Shown here: in pieces, positions 29,016-37,796 of the stretch
How the letters are laid out: each line of letters begins with the position of its first letter
Position numbering within the stretch: the first letter of the stretch is position 1
NCBI GenBank assembly: GCA_964014485.1
Contig: CAXHAT010000005.1
Span: 95-64,094, forward strand
Source: an uncultured Deferribacteres bacterium
GTDB lineage: Bacteria; Zhuqueibacterota; Zhuqueibacteria; Zhuqueibacterales; Geothermadaptataceae
Reading direction: 5' to 3'
Length of the DNA: 64,000 nt
Position numbers and translations under genes: made by a program
The notes under the pieces: generated by a model
Databases searched by the model: none
The model's input: only the letters and a program-made list of their open reading frames with translations
Told to the model about the DNA's origin: nothing

Positions 29016-29614
29016 ATGAGTAAAAAAGAGCTTATCAGGCGTCTCAAAAAAAGTTTCGACGATCATGCAAACAAGATCGATGGCGTTGAGTTGTGGTTTG
29101 GGCGTGATTTGCAGGAATTATTGGGCTATACGCAATGGCGAAAATTCGTCGGCGTTATTGACAGAGCGAAAATTGCTCGTGAAAAACTCACAAATCAGGA
29201 GAAAATTTAGCGCAACTTGCTTTTGAACGCGGGGTAGACGGTCAAGGGATAGGACGAATAAAAAGTCGCGGCGACCGAGCAATGTTCACACTTTCAACCG
29301 CCATGATGAAGCGCAGGCTTGGCGTGCCTAAAAACCGCCCGCTCGCGGATTTTTTGCCGCGCGTTACCACTGCCGGAAAAGCTTTCGCGGCGGAAATCAC
29401 GAATTTCAACATTGAGGCAAGGAATTTAAAAGGAGAGTCGGAGATTTCGGACGAGCATGAGAAGCGCAACCGTGCGGCGAGGCAAATGATGCTCGATGCG
29501 GGAATCGTGCCCGAAAATCTTCCGCCGGCGGAGGACGTCAAGAAGGTGGGGCGGAGAGTAAGGAAGGACGAGAAAAGCATTTCGAAAGAAAGAAAAGATC
29601 AAACTGGAGTATGA
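29016..29614 (+). pseudogene. dinD: disrupted DNA-damage-inducible protein D homologue
   Basis: The 64-aa ORF (29016-29210) matches the DinD N-terminus (WFGRDLQELLGYTQWRKFVGVIDRAKIA versus E. coli WSARQLGKLLGYSEYRHFIPVLTRAKEA, from memory). The 110-aa ORF (29282-29614) is in another frame and resembles the DinD C-terminal third. The central ~100 codons are missing. Confidence 0.6.
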
Positions 29615-29615
29615 A

Positions 29616-30110
29616 ATGGCAGACAAACGTTCATCGACGATAATCGGGACAATTCTCATCGTTTTGGGGGCGGCGTTTTTGTTTCGAGACATGTTTAATA
29701 TTGATTTTGACGCCATCTGGCCGCTCGTGTTTTTGGTGCTGGCGGGCGTTATGCTTAGTGCATACAACAGCAACCAGGGGCGAAATACTGAAGTGCTCAT
29801 TCCGTTGTTCACTTTTCTCATGCTCTGGGTGGTTTTTCAATATTGTGCGCTGTTTGGCTGGCACAACATGTCACACATGTGGCCGGGATTCATGTTGGGC
29901 CCCGGACTTGGTTTCCTGGCGGTGTACTTCAAAAAACGCGAAACGGGGATGCTCATTCCCGGGTCAATCTTGGTCGGGTTGAGCCTGATTTTCTTTATCA
30001 GCATGAGCCCGTTTGCGAATTTTTGGCCTGTGTTGCTCATTCTTGTCGGATTGGCGATTATCGTTTTCCCTGGTATGCGAAAAAGCAACGGTGATCAGGA
30101 ACCTTCGTGA
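29616..30110 (+). CDS. small polytopic membrane protein (LiaF/DUF5668-like TM hairpins), coupled to the sensor kinase
   Basis: 164 aa with 5-6 TM helices (TIIGTILIVLGAAFLF, IWPLVFLVLAGVMLSAY, ...). Its stop TGA overlaps the GTG start of the next gene (GTGA at 30107-30110). Confidence 0.6.
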   Translation: MADKRSSTIIGTILIVLGAAFLFRDMFNIDFDAIWPLVFLVLAGVMLSAYNSNQGRNTEVLIPLFTFLMLWVVFQYCALFGWHNMSHMWPGFMLGPGLGFLAVYFKKRETGMLIPGSILVGLSLIFFISMSPFANFWPVLLILVGLAIIVFPGMRKSNGDQEPS

Positions 30111-31519
30111 ATCTGTTCCGCAAAACTCGTCTGCGCACGCAATTGATCGTCTCGTTTGTTTTGCTGACGGGGTTGATGTTGTTTGCCATCGGGTTTTATC
30201 TCGACTGGCAATTGAAGCGTACGGTTGAAAAAGGGATCGGCGAGCGGCTTTCCGACGTGGCGGAATTGGCGGCTTTTGAAGCGGCTCGCACACAGGCTTT
30301 CAATCTTCTTCCCGGGGACGAACAAACCAGAACGAGCCGTAATTTGCGGCAATCTTTCCGAAAATTTATTGTTCACGGCGGCGTTTCCAGGCTGCTGATC
30401 GTCGACTCAACGCGGCAGGTCTATTTTGACAGTGAAGGCGCTTTGAATATCGGCGACGAGCATGTCCGAATGCGCTTTGATTCTGAAGAGATCAGGCGAG
30501 CGCTGGAATCCGGTACAGCCCAGACTTCCGTGCTTTTTCGTGATGAAGAAGATGCGGTTTTTAAGGCGGCCTACGCACCAATTTTGGGTGACAGAGACGT
30601 CGTGGGGCTGGTTTACGTCGAAGGTGACGCGAACGCGCTGGCCGTTGTCGACGAAACCCGAAATTTGTTGCTGACGATTGGTTTCGCTGCTCTACTGGCC
30701 GCTTTTTTGTTTGCCGCGCTTTTGTCTCGGCAAATGACCCGCCCGTTAGAAAAATTGCAAAAAGCGGCGACGGCGATCAAATTGGGAAAGTACGAGGCAG
30801 TCGTTGAAGGCTCTGGAAATTTCGAAGTTGCCGAGCTTTCGCAAAATATTGAAGAGATGCGTTTGGCGATTGCCCGGCGGCATGAGCGTCAGCAGATGAT
30901 GTTGGCGGGGATTGCGCATGAAATCCGCAACCCATTGGGCGGCATCGAATTATTTGCCAGCCTTTTGCAAAAGCAAGCCAACGAAGAAGCGCGCCCGCAG
31001 GCCGAAAAAATTCTCAAGGAAGTTCAATATTTAAAAAAAATCGTTGTTGATTTTCTTGCCTATGCTCGCCCTCTCGAGCCAAAGCCGCGGAAAGTGAATT
31101 TGCGCGCATTGATTGAAGAAGTAAAGGGGCTCGTTCCGGCGGAGAATTTTGAAAACGCGTGGAAAATTGAGGTTGACGGAAAAACAAAAGTTCTTTTTGA
31201 TCCCGATCATTTGCGCAGTATTTTATTGAATCTTTTTGGCAATGCCGTTGAAGCTTTGAGTGATCACCAGGCGCCGGTAATTCATATTTCCGTTGAGCAA
31301 AGAAAGCAAAAGATTCTTCTGTCTGTCGCGGACAATGGCCCCGGGATTTCAGACGATGCAAAAGCTCGAATTTTTGAACCCTTTTACACAACTCGGAGTC
31401 AGGGCGCAGGGTTAGGATTGGCTCTGGTCAAGCTTTTAGTGGAAGAAAATAACGGCGAAATAGCTCTTGTTGAGCGTAAGTGCGGCGCATGTTTTGGTTT
31501 AACGCTGCCGCTCGCGTGA
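30107..31519 (+). CDS. sensor histidine kinase (TM - periplasmic domain - HAMP - HisKA - HATPase)
   Basis: H-box LAGIAHEIRNPLGGI; N-box LLNLFGNAVEA; G-boxes DNGPGI and GAGLGLALVK. Two TM segments flank a ~170-aa extracytoplasmic region. Confidence 0.9.
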   Translation: MNLFRKTRLRTQLIVSFVLLTGLMLFAIGFYLDWQLKRTVEKGIGERLSDVAELAAFEAARTQAFNLLPGDEQTRTSRNLRQSFRKFIVHGGVSRLLIVDSTRQVYFDSEGALNIGDEHVRMRFDSEEIRRALESGTAQTSVLFRDEEDAVFKAAYAPILGDRDVVGLVYVEGDANALAVVDETRNLLLTIGFAALLAAFLFAALLSRQMTRPLEKLQKAATAIKLGKYEAVVEGSGNFEVAELSQNIEEMRLAIARRHERQQMMLAGIAHEIRNPLGGIELFASLLQKQANEEARPQAEKILKEVQYLKKIVVDFLAYARPLEPKPRKVNLRALIEEVKGLVPAENFENAWKIEVDGKTKVLFDPDHLRSILLNLFGNAVEALSDHQAPVIHISVEQRKQKILLSVADNGPGISDDAKARIFEPFYTTRSQGAGLGLALVKLLVEENNGEIALVERKCGACFGLTLPLA

Positions 31520-31627
31520 ACGGGAATGAAGATTGCTTATTGTCTGTTTGCCATTGGCTCTCTATTTCAAGTTGACTGATGTTATGCACGCATCGTTTGA
31601 CACGCGCGATCAGAGTCCGAGGGCAAT

Positions 31628-31819
31628 TTTTGATTCTCATTAGCTCCGCTCTTCAGAACGGAGATTTCTAAGACGGCCATCCCCTCTCTTCCGCCGCGCT
31701 GGCGCGGCGGAAGAGAGGGGAAAATAGGCATTTTGCGCATCACCGGGCTGAAGCCCGGCGCTAATGAGACGGCTTTTGTCTCGGGACTCAGGATGTGCGT
31801 TGCCGCGCGTAACATCAGT
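31628..31819 (+). repeat. 192-nt structured intergenic element, family A, copy 2 (between kinase and regulator genes)
   Basis: It has the same termini and length as 2245-2436. It contains a perfect 18-bp hairpin (cccctctcttccgccgcg ctgg cgcggcggaagagagggg), a closing helix (tctcattagc/gctaatgaga) and the hairpin ccgggc tgaa gcccgg. Confidence 0.85.
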
Positions 31820-31850
31820 CAAGTTAAGACTAACAGCTAACTTTGTAGAT

Positions 31851-33236
31851 ATGAAAAACGCTTTGAGAATAGCCGTTGTTGAAGACAACGAAACCATGCG
31901 CGAAGGGTTAGAGCAAGTCTTGCAGCATTTCGGGCATGAAGTTGTGAGTTTCGGCAACGGAGAGAACGCGCTAAAACAATTGCGCAACGGCGACAAGGCC
32001 GACGTTTTAATTTCCGACTACAAGCTGCCGGGAATGAACGGCCTTGATTTGCTCGGAAAAGCGCGCGAGCATTTACCGGAACTTGAAATGATGATGATCA
32101 CGGCGTTTGGATCCATCGATCTGGCCGTGCAAGCCATGCAAAAAGGCGCGGCGGATTTTATTACCAAGCCGTTCTCGGCGGATGAAATCGGCGTGAAGGT
32201 GGAACGCATCGCCGAGAGGCTTTTGCAGCGACGGAAGCTGCGAAAGCTTGAGGCGGAAAATCAATATTTTCGCCGAGAAGTGGAAGCTGAATTTAATGCC
32301 GGAGAGATTATTGGCGCAGCGCCCTCGATGCAGGCGGTTTTTAAGACGATTGAAAAAGTTGCGAAAACGGACGCCACGGTGATTATTTTTGGCGAAAGCG
32401 GCACCGGCAAGGAACTCGTCGCGCGTGCGATTCACAAAAACAGCGCGCGGCGAGAAAACCCGTTTGTACGCGTCAATTGCGGCGCTCTGGCCGAGGGCGT
32501 TTTGGAGTCGGAAATGTTCGGACATGAGAAGGGCTCTTTCACGGGAGCGCTGCGGAAGAAGCTGGGACGTTTTGAATTGGCCAACGAAGGCACGATTTTT
32601 CTTGATGAAATCGGCGATATTTCTCCGTCAATGCAGGTGCGGCTGTTGCGCGTTTTGCAGGAGCGTGAGTTCGAGCGCGTTGGCGGCGAAGAGACGATTC
32701 ATGTCGATGTACGCGTTATCGCGGCGACGCATCGGGATTTAAAGGCCGAGGTTGACGCCGGGAGATTCCGGGAAGATTTGTACTACCGCTTGCACATCGT
32801 TCCGCTCACAATCCCGCCGCTGCGCCAAAGATTGGATGACGTTACAGCGCTGGCAAACCATTTTTTGACCAGAGCAAAAAGCGCGTTCAACCGGCCTGGG
32901 CTCCAACTGGACGAGCAAGCGTTACAAGCTTTGGCTGAGTATCATTGGCCGGGCAATGTACGCGAGTTGGAAAATGTTATCGAACGTTCCGCTGTGCTCT
33001 GCGACGGCGATACAATTTCAGTAGAAGATTTGCCCTTGCTTGTGAAGGACGAATCGGCGATGTTGACGCTTAGCGAAGATGAAATGGATTTGAACAAAGC
33101 GGTCGATCAAGTAGAGCGGGCGCTGATCGAACGCGCAATGAAGCTTGCTCACGGCGTCAAAGCCGAAGCTGCGCGTAAACTCGGCATTAAAACGACGACA
33201 TTGTTGTACAAACTTTCGAAGTTTGGCATTGAATAA
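31851..33236 (+). CDS. sigma54-dependent response regulator (NtrC family: REC - AAA+ - Fis-type HTH)
   Basis: I chose the ATG at 31851, because the ORF-track N-terminal extension runs into repeat A. REC block: RIAVVEDNETMREGL...DVLISDYKLPGMNG. Walker A: GESGTGKE. sigma54-contact loop: EKGSFTGAL. C-terminal HTH: KAEAARKLGIKTTTLLYKL. Confidence 0.9.
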   Translation: MKNALRIAVVEDNETMREGLEQVLQHFGHEVVSFGNGENALKQLRNGDKADVLISDYKLPGMNGLDLLGKAREHLPELEMMMITAFGSIDLAVQAMQKGAADFITKPFSADEIGVKVERIAERLLQRRKLRKLEAENQYFRREVEAEFNAGEIIGAAPSMQAVFKTIEKVAKTDATVIIFGESGTGKELVARAIHKNSARRENPFVRVNCGALAEGVLESEMFGHEKGSFTGALRKKLGRFELANEGTIFLDEIGDISPSMQVRLLRVLQEREFERVGGEETIHVDVRVIAATHRDLKAEVDAGRFREDLYYRLHIVPLTIPPLRQRLDDVTALANHFLTRAKSAFNRPGLQLDEQALQALAEYHWPGNVRELENVIERSAVLCDGDTISVEDLPLLVKDESAMLTLSEDEMDLNKAVDQVERALIERAMKLAHGVKAEAARKLGIKTTTLLYKLSKFGIE

Positions 33237-34396
33237 TGAACTTTTGGTTTAAAATAAAAATTTCTTTCGGGCGGCTATTCCCATGTTGTTGGGAGCCCGC
33301 TAAACGCGCAAAATTGCCGGACTCCCGACCAGGCGCGAATAACCGGAGCGAGGTGCGACGCTTTTTGGCCAACGTCGTTTCCAAAACCTTTTTTGTTGGT
33401 TGCTTGGTATTGCCAATGGCGATCTTTGCTCAAGAAACCGAGATTGATTCGTTGGCGCGACGATTCGAGACGCTCGAGTTGCGCTATGGCGCGGCGCAAG
33501 CGGAAGCGGCGCGACTTTCCGCTCAGGCGGACAGTTTGGCGCGCGAAATCAAAAAGCAAAAGCGCAGGAAAAACCCCAACCTTCTGCAATCACGCGCATT
33601 GGAAGACGCTCTGCAATTTTCCTCGCGTCTTAACGGCGCACTGGAATCGGCGCGGCGGGAAGAAGGGCGATTCCTGAATGCATTGATTCAGTTCTCCAGT
33701 ACGACCTTTGAAAAATTGAATAGTTTAACGGAACAGTTAGGAAGGGCGTACAATCAAGAGAAAGAAAAAAACAGGCCTGGCGGAAGAGCCGTCTTAACCG
33801 AAAACATTCGCAAAGCGCAGGATTTGCGAAGGCGGTGTCAGGCATACCTTGATCGCGTGCCGTCCCGCGTGCCGATTATTGACGTTAATATCGAGCCTTC
33901 TGATTCACCGGAGGAAGCCTCGCAAAAAATCGATTTTTTATTGGATCAAGCGGATCGCTTGGAAAAAGCCGCCTCGCAAGCAAAACAACGAGGTGCGGAA
34001 ATTCGTTCGGTCGCGGATCTGGGTGCGCGCATGAGCGATTTTGTCGAAGATTTGTCGCTCCTCGATCCGGGGAATGAGCGCGGGGACGTCAAGGAAGCCG
34101 CTTCACAGTCGCGGAACCTGAATGCGCCCGCAGAACTTGCCGTTGACGACGAAGCCGATTTCGGCCAGCGTGAAAATGCTGATGACAAGAGCTCTAACGA
34201 TCTGGATATTTCGAACACTTTTTTTAATCCCGCCGGCTCTGCGAGCGCCGACTTTTCTTCGCTTTCCCCGGTAGAATTGCAAAAGCTGCTCGATGATCTT
34301 AGAGATCGCGAGAAACTATGGAAGGCGCAGGCTGACAGTTTGAAAAAAGCGGCTCGCAAGTTTCGCAAGTGGAATGATGCGAGAAAAGAGCAGTAG
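33236..34396 (+). CDS. secreted coiled-coil protein (start uncertain)
   Basis: Its ATG overlaps the regulator stop codon by 1 nt (TAATG). An internal signal-like segment (FFVGCLVLPMAIFAQ) suggests a later start. The remainder has long heptad-like Ala/Glu/Arg/Leu-rich stretches. No family recognised. Confidence 0.55.
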   Translation: MNFWFKIKISFGRLFPCCWEPAKRAKLPDSRPGANNRSEVRRFLANVVSKTFFVGCLVLPMAIFAQETEIDSLARRFETLELRYGAAQAEAARLSAQADSLAREIKKQKRRKNPNLLQSRALEDALQFSSRLNGALESARREEGRFLNALIQFSSTTFEKLNSLTEQLGRAYNQEKEKNRPGGRAVLTENIRKAQDLRRRCQAYLDRVPSRVPIIDVNIEPSDSPEEASQKIDFLLDQADRLEKAASQAKQRGAEIRSVADLGARMSDFVEDLSLLDPGNERGDVKEAASQSRNLNAPAELAVDDEADFGQRENADDKSSNDLDISNTFFNPAGSASADFSSLSPVELQKLLDDLRDREKLWKAQADSLKKAARKFRKWNDARKEQ

Positions 34397-35498
34397 CTTG
34401 CGCAAATCTGGTTCAAAAACGTCGCGAAAGTTTCAAGCCTACGGCTTCGCAGCGACTCTCCGAATTCTTCTGCTCTTGTTCTTTTTGCCTCTAAATTCCT
34501 TTTCACAAAATGGCTGGAAATTCCAGCACCGCTTGCAGGCGGGACTCGAGCAAGACAGCAATGTTTTCGAGGCGAGCGACCGCAACAGTCGCGCGAGTTC
34601 GTTAGACGCTCGGCTGCATTTCAAAACGACAGCTTCTCGATCTTGGCGTAAGGTCTTGGTCAGAACCTCGCTTTCGACCGGGTTGCAAGGCTATCCCGAA
34701 TTTACAGGTGAAAGCAAATTTATCGGCGAAATACAGTCCGCCGTGGTCTGGAAAATGTCGAGAAGAGTACAAGCGACGGTCTCGGTCGGCGGCTTCAGGA
34801 AGAGCTATGCAGACGGCGTACTGGATTTTTCGCACGGCTCAACGGGCTTGAGATTTGATTACGCCGTTTCTTCAAATTGGCGGCTTAGCGTCCTGGCTGA
34901 AGCGGCGGATTTGAATTATGACGCAACGACGTCGTTCGATCATACAGCGCGAGAGTGGGGAATCGGCTTTACTCGCCGGTTGCGAAAAAACGCACGCTTC
35001 GAAGGGCAGTTTATTGGCGGTGAGGTTGAATATGGCAGAAACGCGCTTGTTCTCCAATCAAACGATACGCTAGCCTTTAAAGACGCCAGACATCTGGACA
35101 AATTTGCAGGCGCCTTGTTGCGAATCTCGTTCGGCAAGAAGGTTTTGGTGAACACTTCCCTGGAATACACGCGAAACTGGTCGAACAGTTACGGATACAG
35201 CTTTGATCGTGTGCGATCTTCTACAATTATCGGGATGCGATTGCGAACTAAATGGCTTTTGCGTCTAGCCGCCGTTTTACAGCAAAAAACCTACGACGAA
35301 ACGCTGTTGGCTTTTTCAGCTCTTGAGCAAGACGTTGAGCGTAATCAAAACAACTATTTGATTTCCGACGTGAGTTATGACATTTCTCACAAGCTGTCTT
35401 ACCTGGTGCGCGTCTCGGTTTTTAAGAATGAAGCGTTTTTGCGAGGGACGACTTACAGCAAGAACCAGATTTTTATTGGGATGGAATACAGGTTTTGA
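34374..35498 (+). CDS. predicted outer-membrane beta-barrel protein
   Basis: It overlaps the upstream ORF by 23 nt. Signal peptide: LRILLLLFFLPLNSFSQ. It has alternating beta-strand periodicity throughout and a C-terminal aromatic residue (GMEYRF) typical of BAM substrates. Confidence 0.6.
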   Translation: MMREKSSSLRKSGSKTSRKFQAYGFAATLRILLLLFFLPLNSFSQNGWKFQHRLQAGLEQDSNVFEASDRNSRASSLDARLHFKTTASRSWRKVLVRTSLSTGLQGYPEFTGESKFIGEIQSAVVWKMSRRVQATVSVGGFRKSYADGVLDFSHGSTGLRFDYAVSSNWRLSVLAEAADLNYDATTSFDHTAREWGIGFTRRLRKNARFEGQFIGGEVEYGRNALVLQSNDTLAFKDARHLDKFAGALLRISFGKKVLVNTSLEYTRNWSNSYGYSFDRVRSSTIIGMRLRTKWLLRLAAVLQQKTYDETLLAFSALEQDVERNQNNYLISDVSYDISHKLSYLVRVSVFKNEAFLRGTTYSKNQIFIGMEYRF

Positions 35499-35722
35499 CT
35501 TCGGAATTTTGCAACGCACTTCAAAAATCCGACATGACGGGCCCGCCAACCGAAAGACGGGACTCTCGGTCGCATTGAATTTGAACTTAATTTACCACCG
35601 CATGAATTATTACCGAGAGCCCTGCATTCTCGCTCAAGCTTCCCATTTTAGGTTCAAAAAGCAAGCGCATGCCATTGGCGAACATACGATGCGCGGCGGC
35701 ATAATTTTTTTGATGGATTTTT

Positions 35723-35738
35723 TGGCGCCGGGCTTGCT
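35723..35738 (+). promoter_or_regulatory. near-consensus sigma54 (-24/-12) promoter
   Basis: TGGCGCcgggcTTGCT compared with the consensus TGGCACG-N4-TTGCW. GG and GC are at the canonical spacing. It lies ~55 nt upstream of the ATG at 35793. Confidence 0.6.
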
Positions 35739-35792
35739 GTTAGGCTGTATGTGACTTAGGACATTTTTTGAAATTAAGGAGAATTAGACAAG

Positions 35793-36671
35793 ATGTCAAA
35801 ATTCATTAAATATCGCGCTTCTCATACCCTGCGTTACTTTGCATTTGTTGTTGTGGGCGCGCTTTGGTTTGGATGTTCAAATGAGCAGATTTTGAATTCA
35901 TCGGATGAAGCGCTTTCGCTAACGCCGGTTATTGATCTCGAAATCACCGGCGGGTTTGCCGGCGTAAATCGAAACCTTGAAATATTTCAAGACGGTCGAG
36001 TGGAGTACCAGTCCCTGAGATTAAATCAGGGAGCGTTTAATGACGTCATTTCTCAGGAAAAGCTAGCCGAGTTGAAACAACTGGCTGTTGACAACAACTT
36101 TTTCCGATCTGAGAAACAGTACTTTTTAGATCAAGCCGCCGATTTGTTTGTTTACAAATTGAATATCGTGCAAGACGATCTGGAGAACACTGTCGAGTTG
36201 AACTACGAAGCGGCGCCGCTCGAGTTAAGGGAAGTCATCGACGCGTTGTCAGATATTTTGCAGGAGGTGGCGGAGCATACGCTAAATCTCGCCGTGTCAC
36301 TTTCCGCCGATACTCTTGAAGCAGGTGACTCGCTCACCGTTAATCTTTCCGTTGAAAACGCATCTGAAGAAGCGCTTGAGCTGCTTTTCAAGTCCGGGCA
36401 GATTTATGATTTTTTTATTACTGACGGCAGCGACGGCGCGAGTTTTCCGAGCAACGAACAAGCGACGGTTTGGACTTGGTCTGCAAACAAACTTTTCACT
36501 CAGGCTGCGCACACAATTTCGCTTGACGCCGGCGAATCGAAATCATATTCGATTGAGTGGGACGGCGCTAACCTTTCCGGCGAGCGTTTGCAGGGCGATT
36601 TCTGGGTGGGCGCAAGGCTGGTTTCAACGCCCGGCGGCGTTTCGCCCTTGGTCAAAGTTCATGTTCGGTAA
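35793..36671 (+). CDS. lipoprotein with emfourin-like N-domain and BsuPI-like (intracellular proteinase inhibitor) C-domain
   Basis: Lipobox: GALWFGCSN. The N-domain block IDLEITGGFAGVNRNLEIFQDGRVEY...EKLAELKQL resembles the GGFAG-type emfourin (M4 protease inhibitor) family. The C-domain block LELLFKSGQIYDFFITD...VWTWSANKLFTQAAHTISLDAGESKSYSIEWDG resembles BsuPI. Both calls are from memory of family patterns. Confidence 0.45.
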   Translation: MSKFIKYRASHTLRYFAFVVVGALWFGCSNEQILNSSDEALSLTPVIDLEITGGFAGVNRNLEIFQDGRVEYQSLRLNQGAFNDVISQEKLAELKQLAVDNNFFRSEKQYFLDQAADLFVYKLNIVQDDLENTVELNYEAAPLELREVIDALSDILQEVAEHTLNLAVSLSADTLEAGDSLTVNLSVENASEEALELLFKSGQIYDFFITDGSDGASFPSNEQATVWTWSANKLFTQAAHTISLDAGESKSYSIEWDGANLSGERLQGDFWVGARLVSTPGGVSPLVKVHVR

Positions 36672-36806
36672 TGCCGGATTTTGAAGAAAAACGTTTTCGT
36701 TTTGATGGAGCTTTCGAATGTTGAGTTTCCATTTTATGAAAGATCGATAGAGCTCCATCAATCCGAAATCCCAAATAATTCTTTCCCTGATATTTTTCCT
36801 TAGAGT

Positions 36807-36940
36807 GCATTTGGAAAGTCCCTGTCTTGTCATTCCGTAGGAATCTTTTTGGGTCGCCAGGCATGAACGTTCCCACAATTTTTGCGGAAAAGCCTAAAAA
36901 GATGCTTACAGCATGACAATTTTGGACTTTCCAAATACGC
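36807..36940. mobile_element. MITE-like palindromic element, family B (two inverted arms)
   Basis: The left arm gcatttggaaagtccctgtcttgtcattccgtaggaatcttttt and right arm aaaaagatgcttacagcatgacaattttggactttccaaatacgc are inverted relatives. The arm motif (g)aaagtcc..ttgtcat is shared with 44712-44889 and 50627-50787. Confidence 0.7.
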
Positions 36941-37080
36941 TCTTAGTCTTTCGATGTTCTTCCCGCTGAGGCCATCCTGGTCTCCTCTTGTTGTATTTTT
37001 AACCCGTCGCGGCTGATTGCTCTACGTCGCGTGAAGTACAATTTGTGTAAATTGTTATGGTTCAATTCATGGAGAAAACA

Positions 37081-37716
37081 ATGAAAACACACATTTTTCA
37101 ATCCAAGCTACGTGCGTTTTGGAAGCACGCAGCCGTCGGAGCGCTTTGCGTGCTTTTGTCGACGCCGCTTTTCGCACAAACAAAAGGATGGCAAGTGCAA
37201 TTGCTGGGCGGCGTATTCACGCCTTTGCGCGGCGAACTTGAGAATGTCTACGGCAATACCCCGGCTTTGCAACTTGCTTTACGCGCTCCTTTAGGAGAAA
37301 ACGGGCGTTTAAAAATCGGCGCGTCTTATTATGGCGCTTCCGGCGATCCCTATTATTTCGCCCGAGATTTTAACGCCGGAGATAACACCGGACAATTCCG
37401 TATGGCAGCCATTGATCTCGGCGTGGAATTAACCAGCGCCAAAATGACCAATCCGCGCATCTACCTCGGAGCCGGGATTTCCTATTATTACGGTGCACAT
37501 GAGATCAAAAATCTGGAAAAATACACCGGGCAAGGCTTGGGCGCCGTGTTCACGTTAGCTCCGGAATTTCGTGTCAACGATCGCGTCTCGATTATGTTAG
37601 AACCGGCTTTGCGTCTCGGCGATCTTCGCTTGCGGGGCGATACTGAGCGTTTTCGGTTTGACGTCACCGGCGCAAGTATTTCGCTGGGCGCTTCTTATGA
37701 TTTGAGCGGAATTTGA
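37081..37716 (+). CDS. small outer-membrane beta-barrel protein (OmpA-beta-barrel/OmpW-like size class)
   Basis: I chose the ATG at 37081, preceded by ggaga. Signal peptide: AVGALCVLLSTPLFAQ. About 8 amphipathic strands are predicted and the C-terminal strand is ISLGASYDL. Confidence 0.55.
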   Translation: MKTHIFQSKLRAFWKHAAVGALCVLLSTPLFAQTKGWQVQLLGGVFTPLRGELENVYGNTPALQLALRAPLGENGRLKIGASYYGASGDPYYFARDFNAGDNTGQFRMAAIDLGVELTSAKMTNPRIYLGAGISYYYGAHEIKNLEKYTGQGLGAVFTLAPEFRVNDRVSIMLEPALRLGDLRLRGDTERFRFDVTGASISLGASYDLSGI

Positions 37717-37796
37717 ATCAGTAATCGGTTAACAATAAACTGATCTGATATGGCATTAGAAAAAAATAATTGAACAATTTTTTGGAGAGATTCGTG

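Noticed and set aside
31640-31996. 118-aa minus-strand ORF, and the N-terminal extension (31764-31850) of the response-regulator ORF.
   Set aside because: Both run through repeat A. The regulator has a normal REC-domain start at the ATG at 31851.
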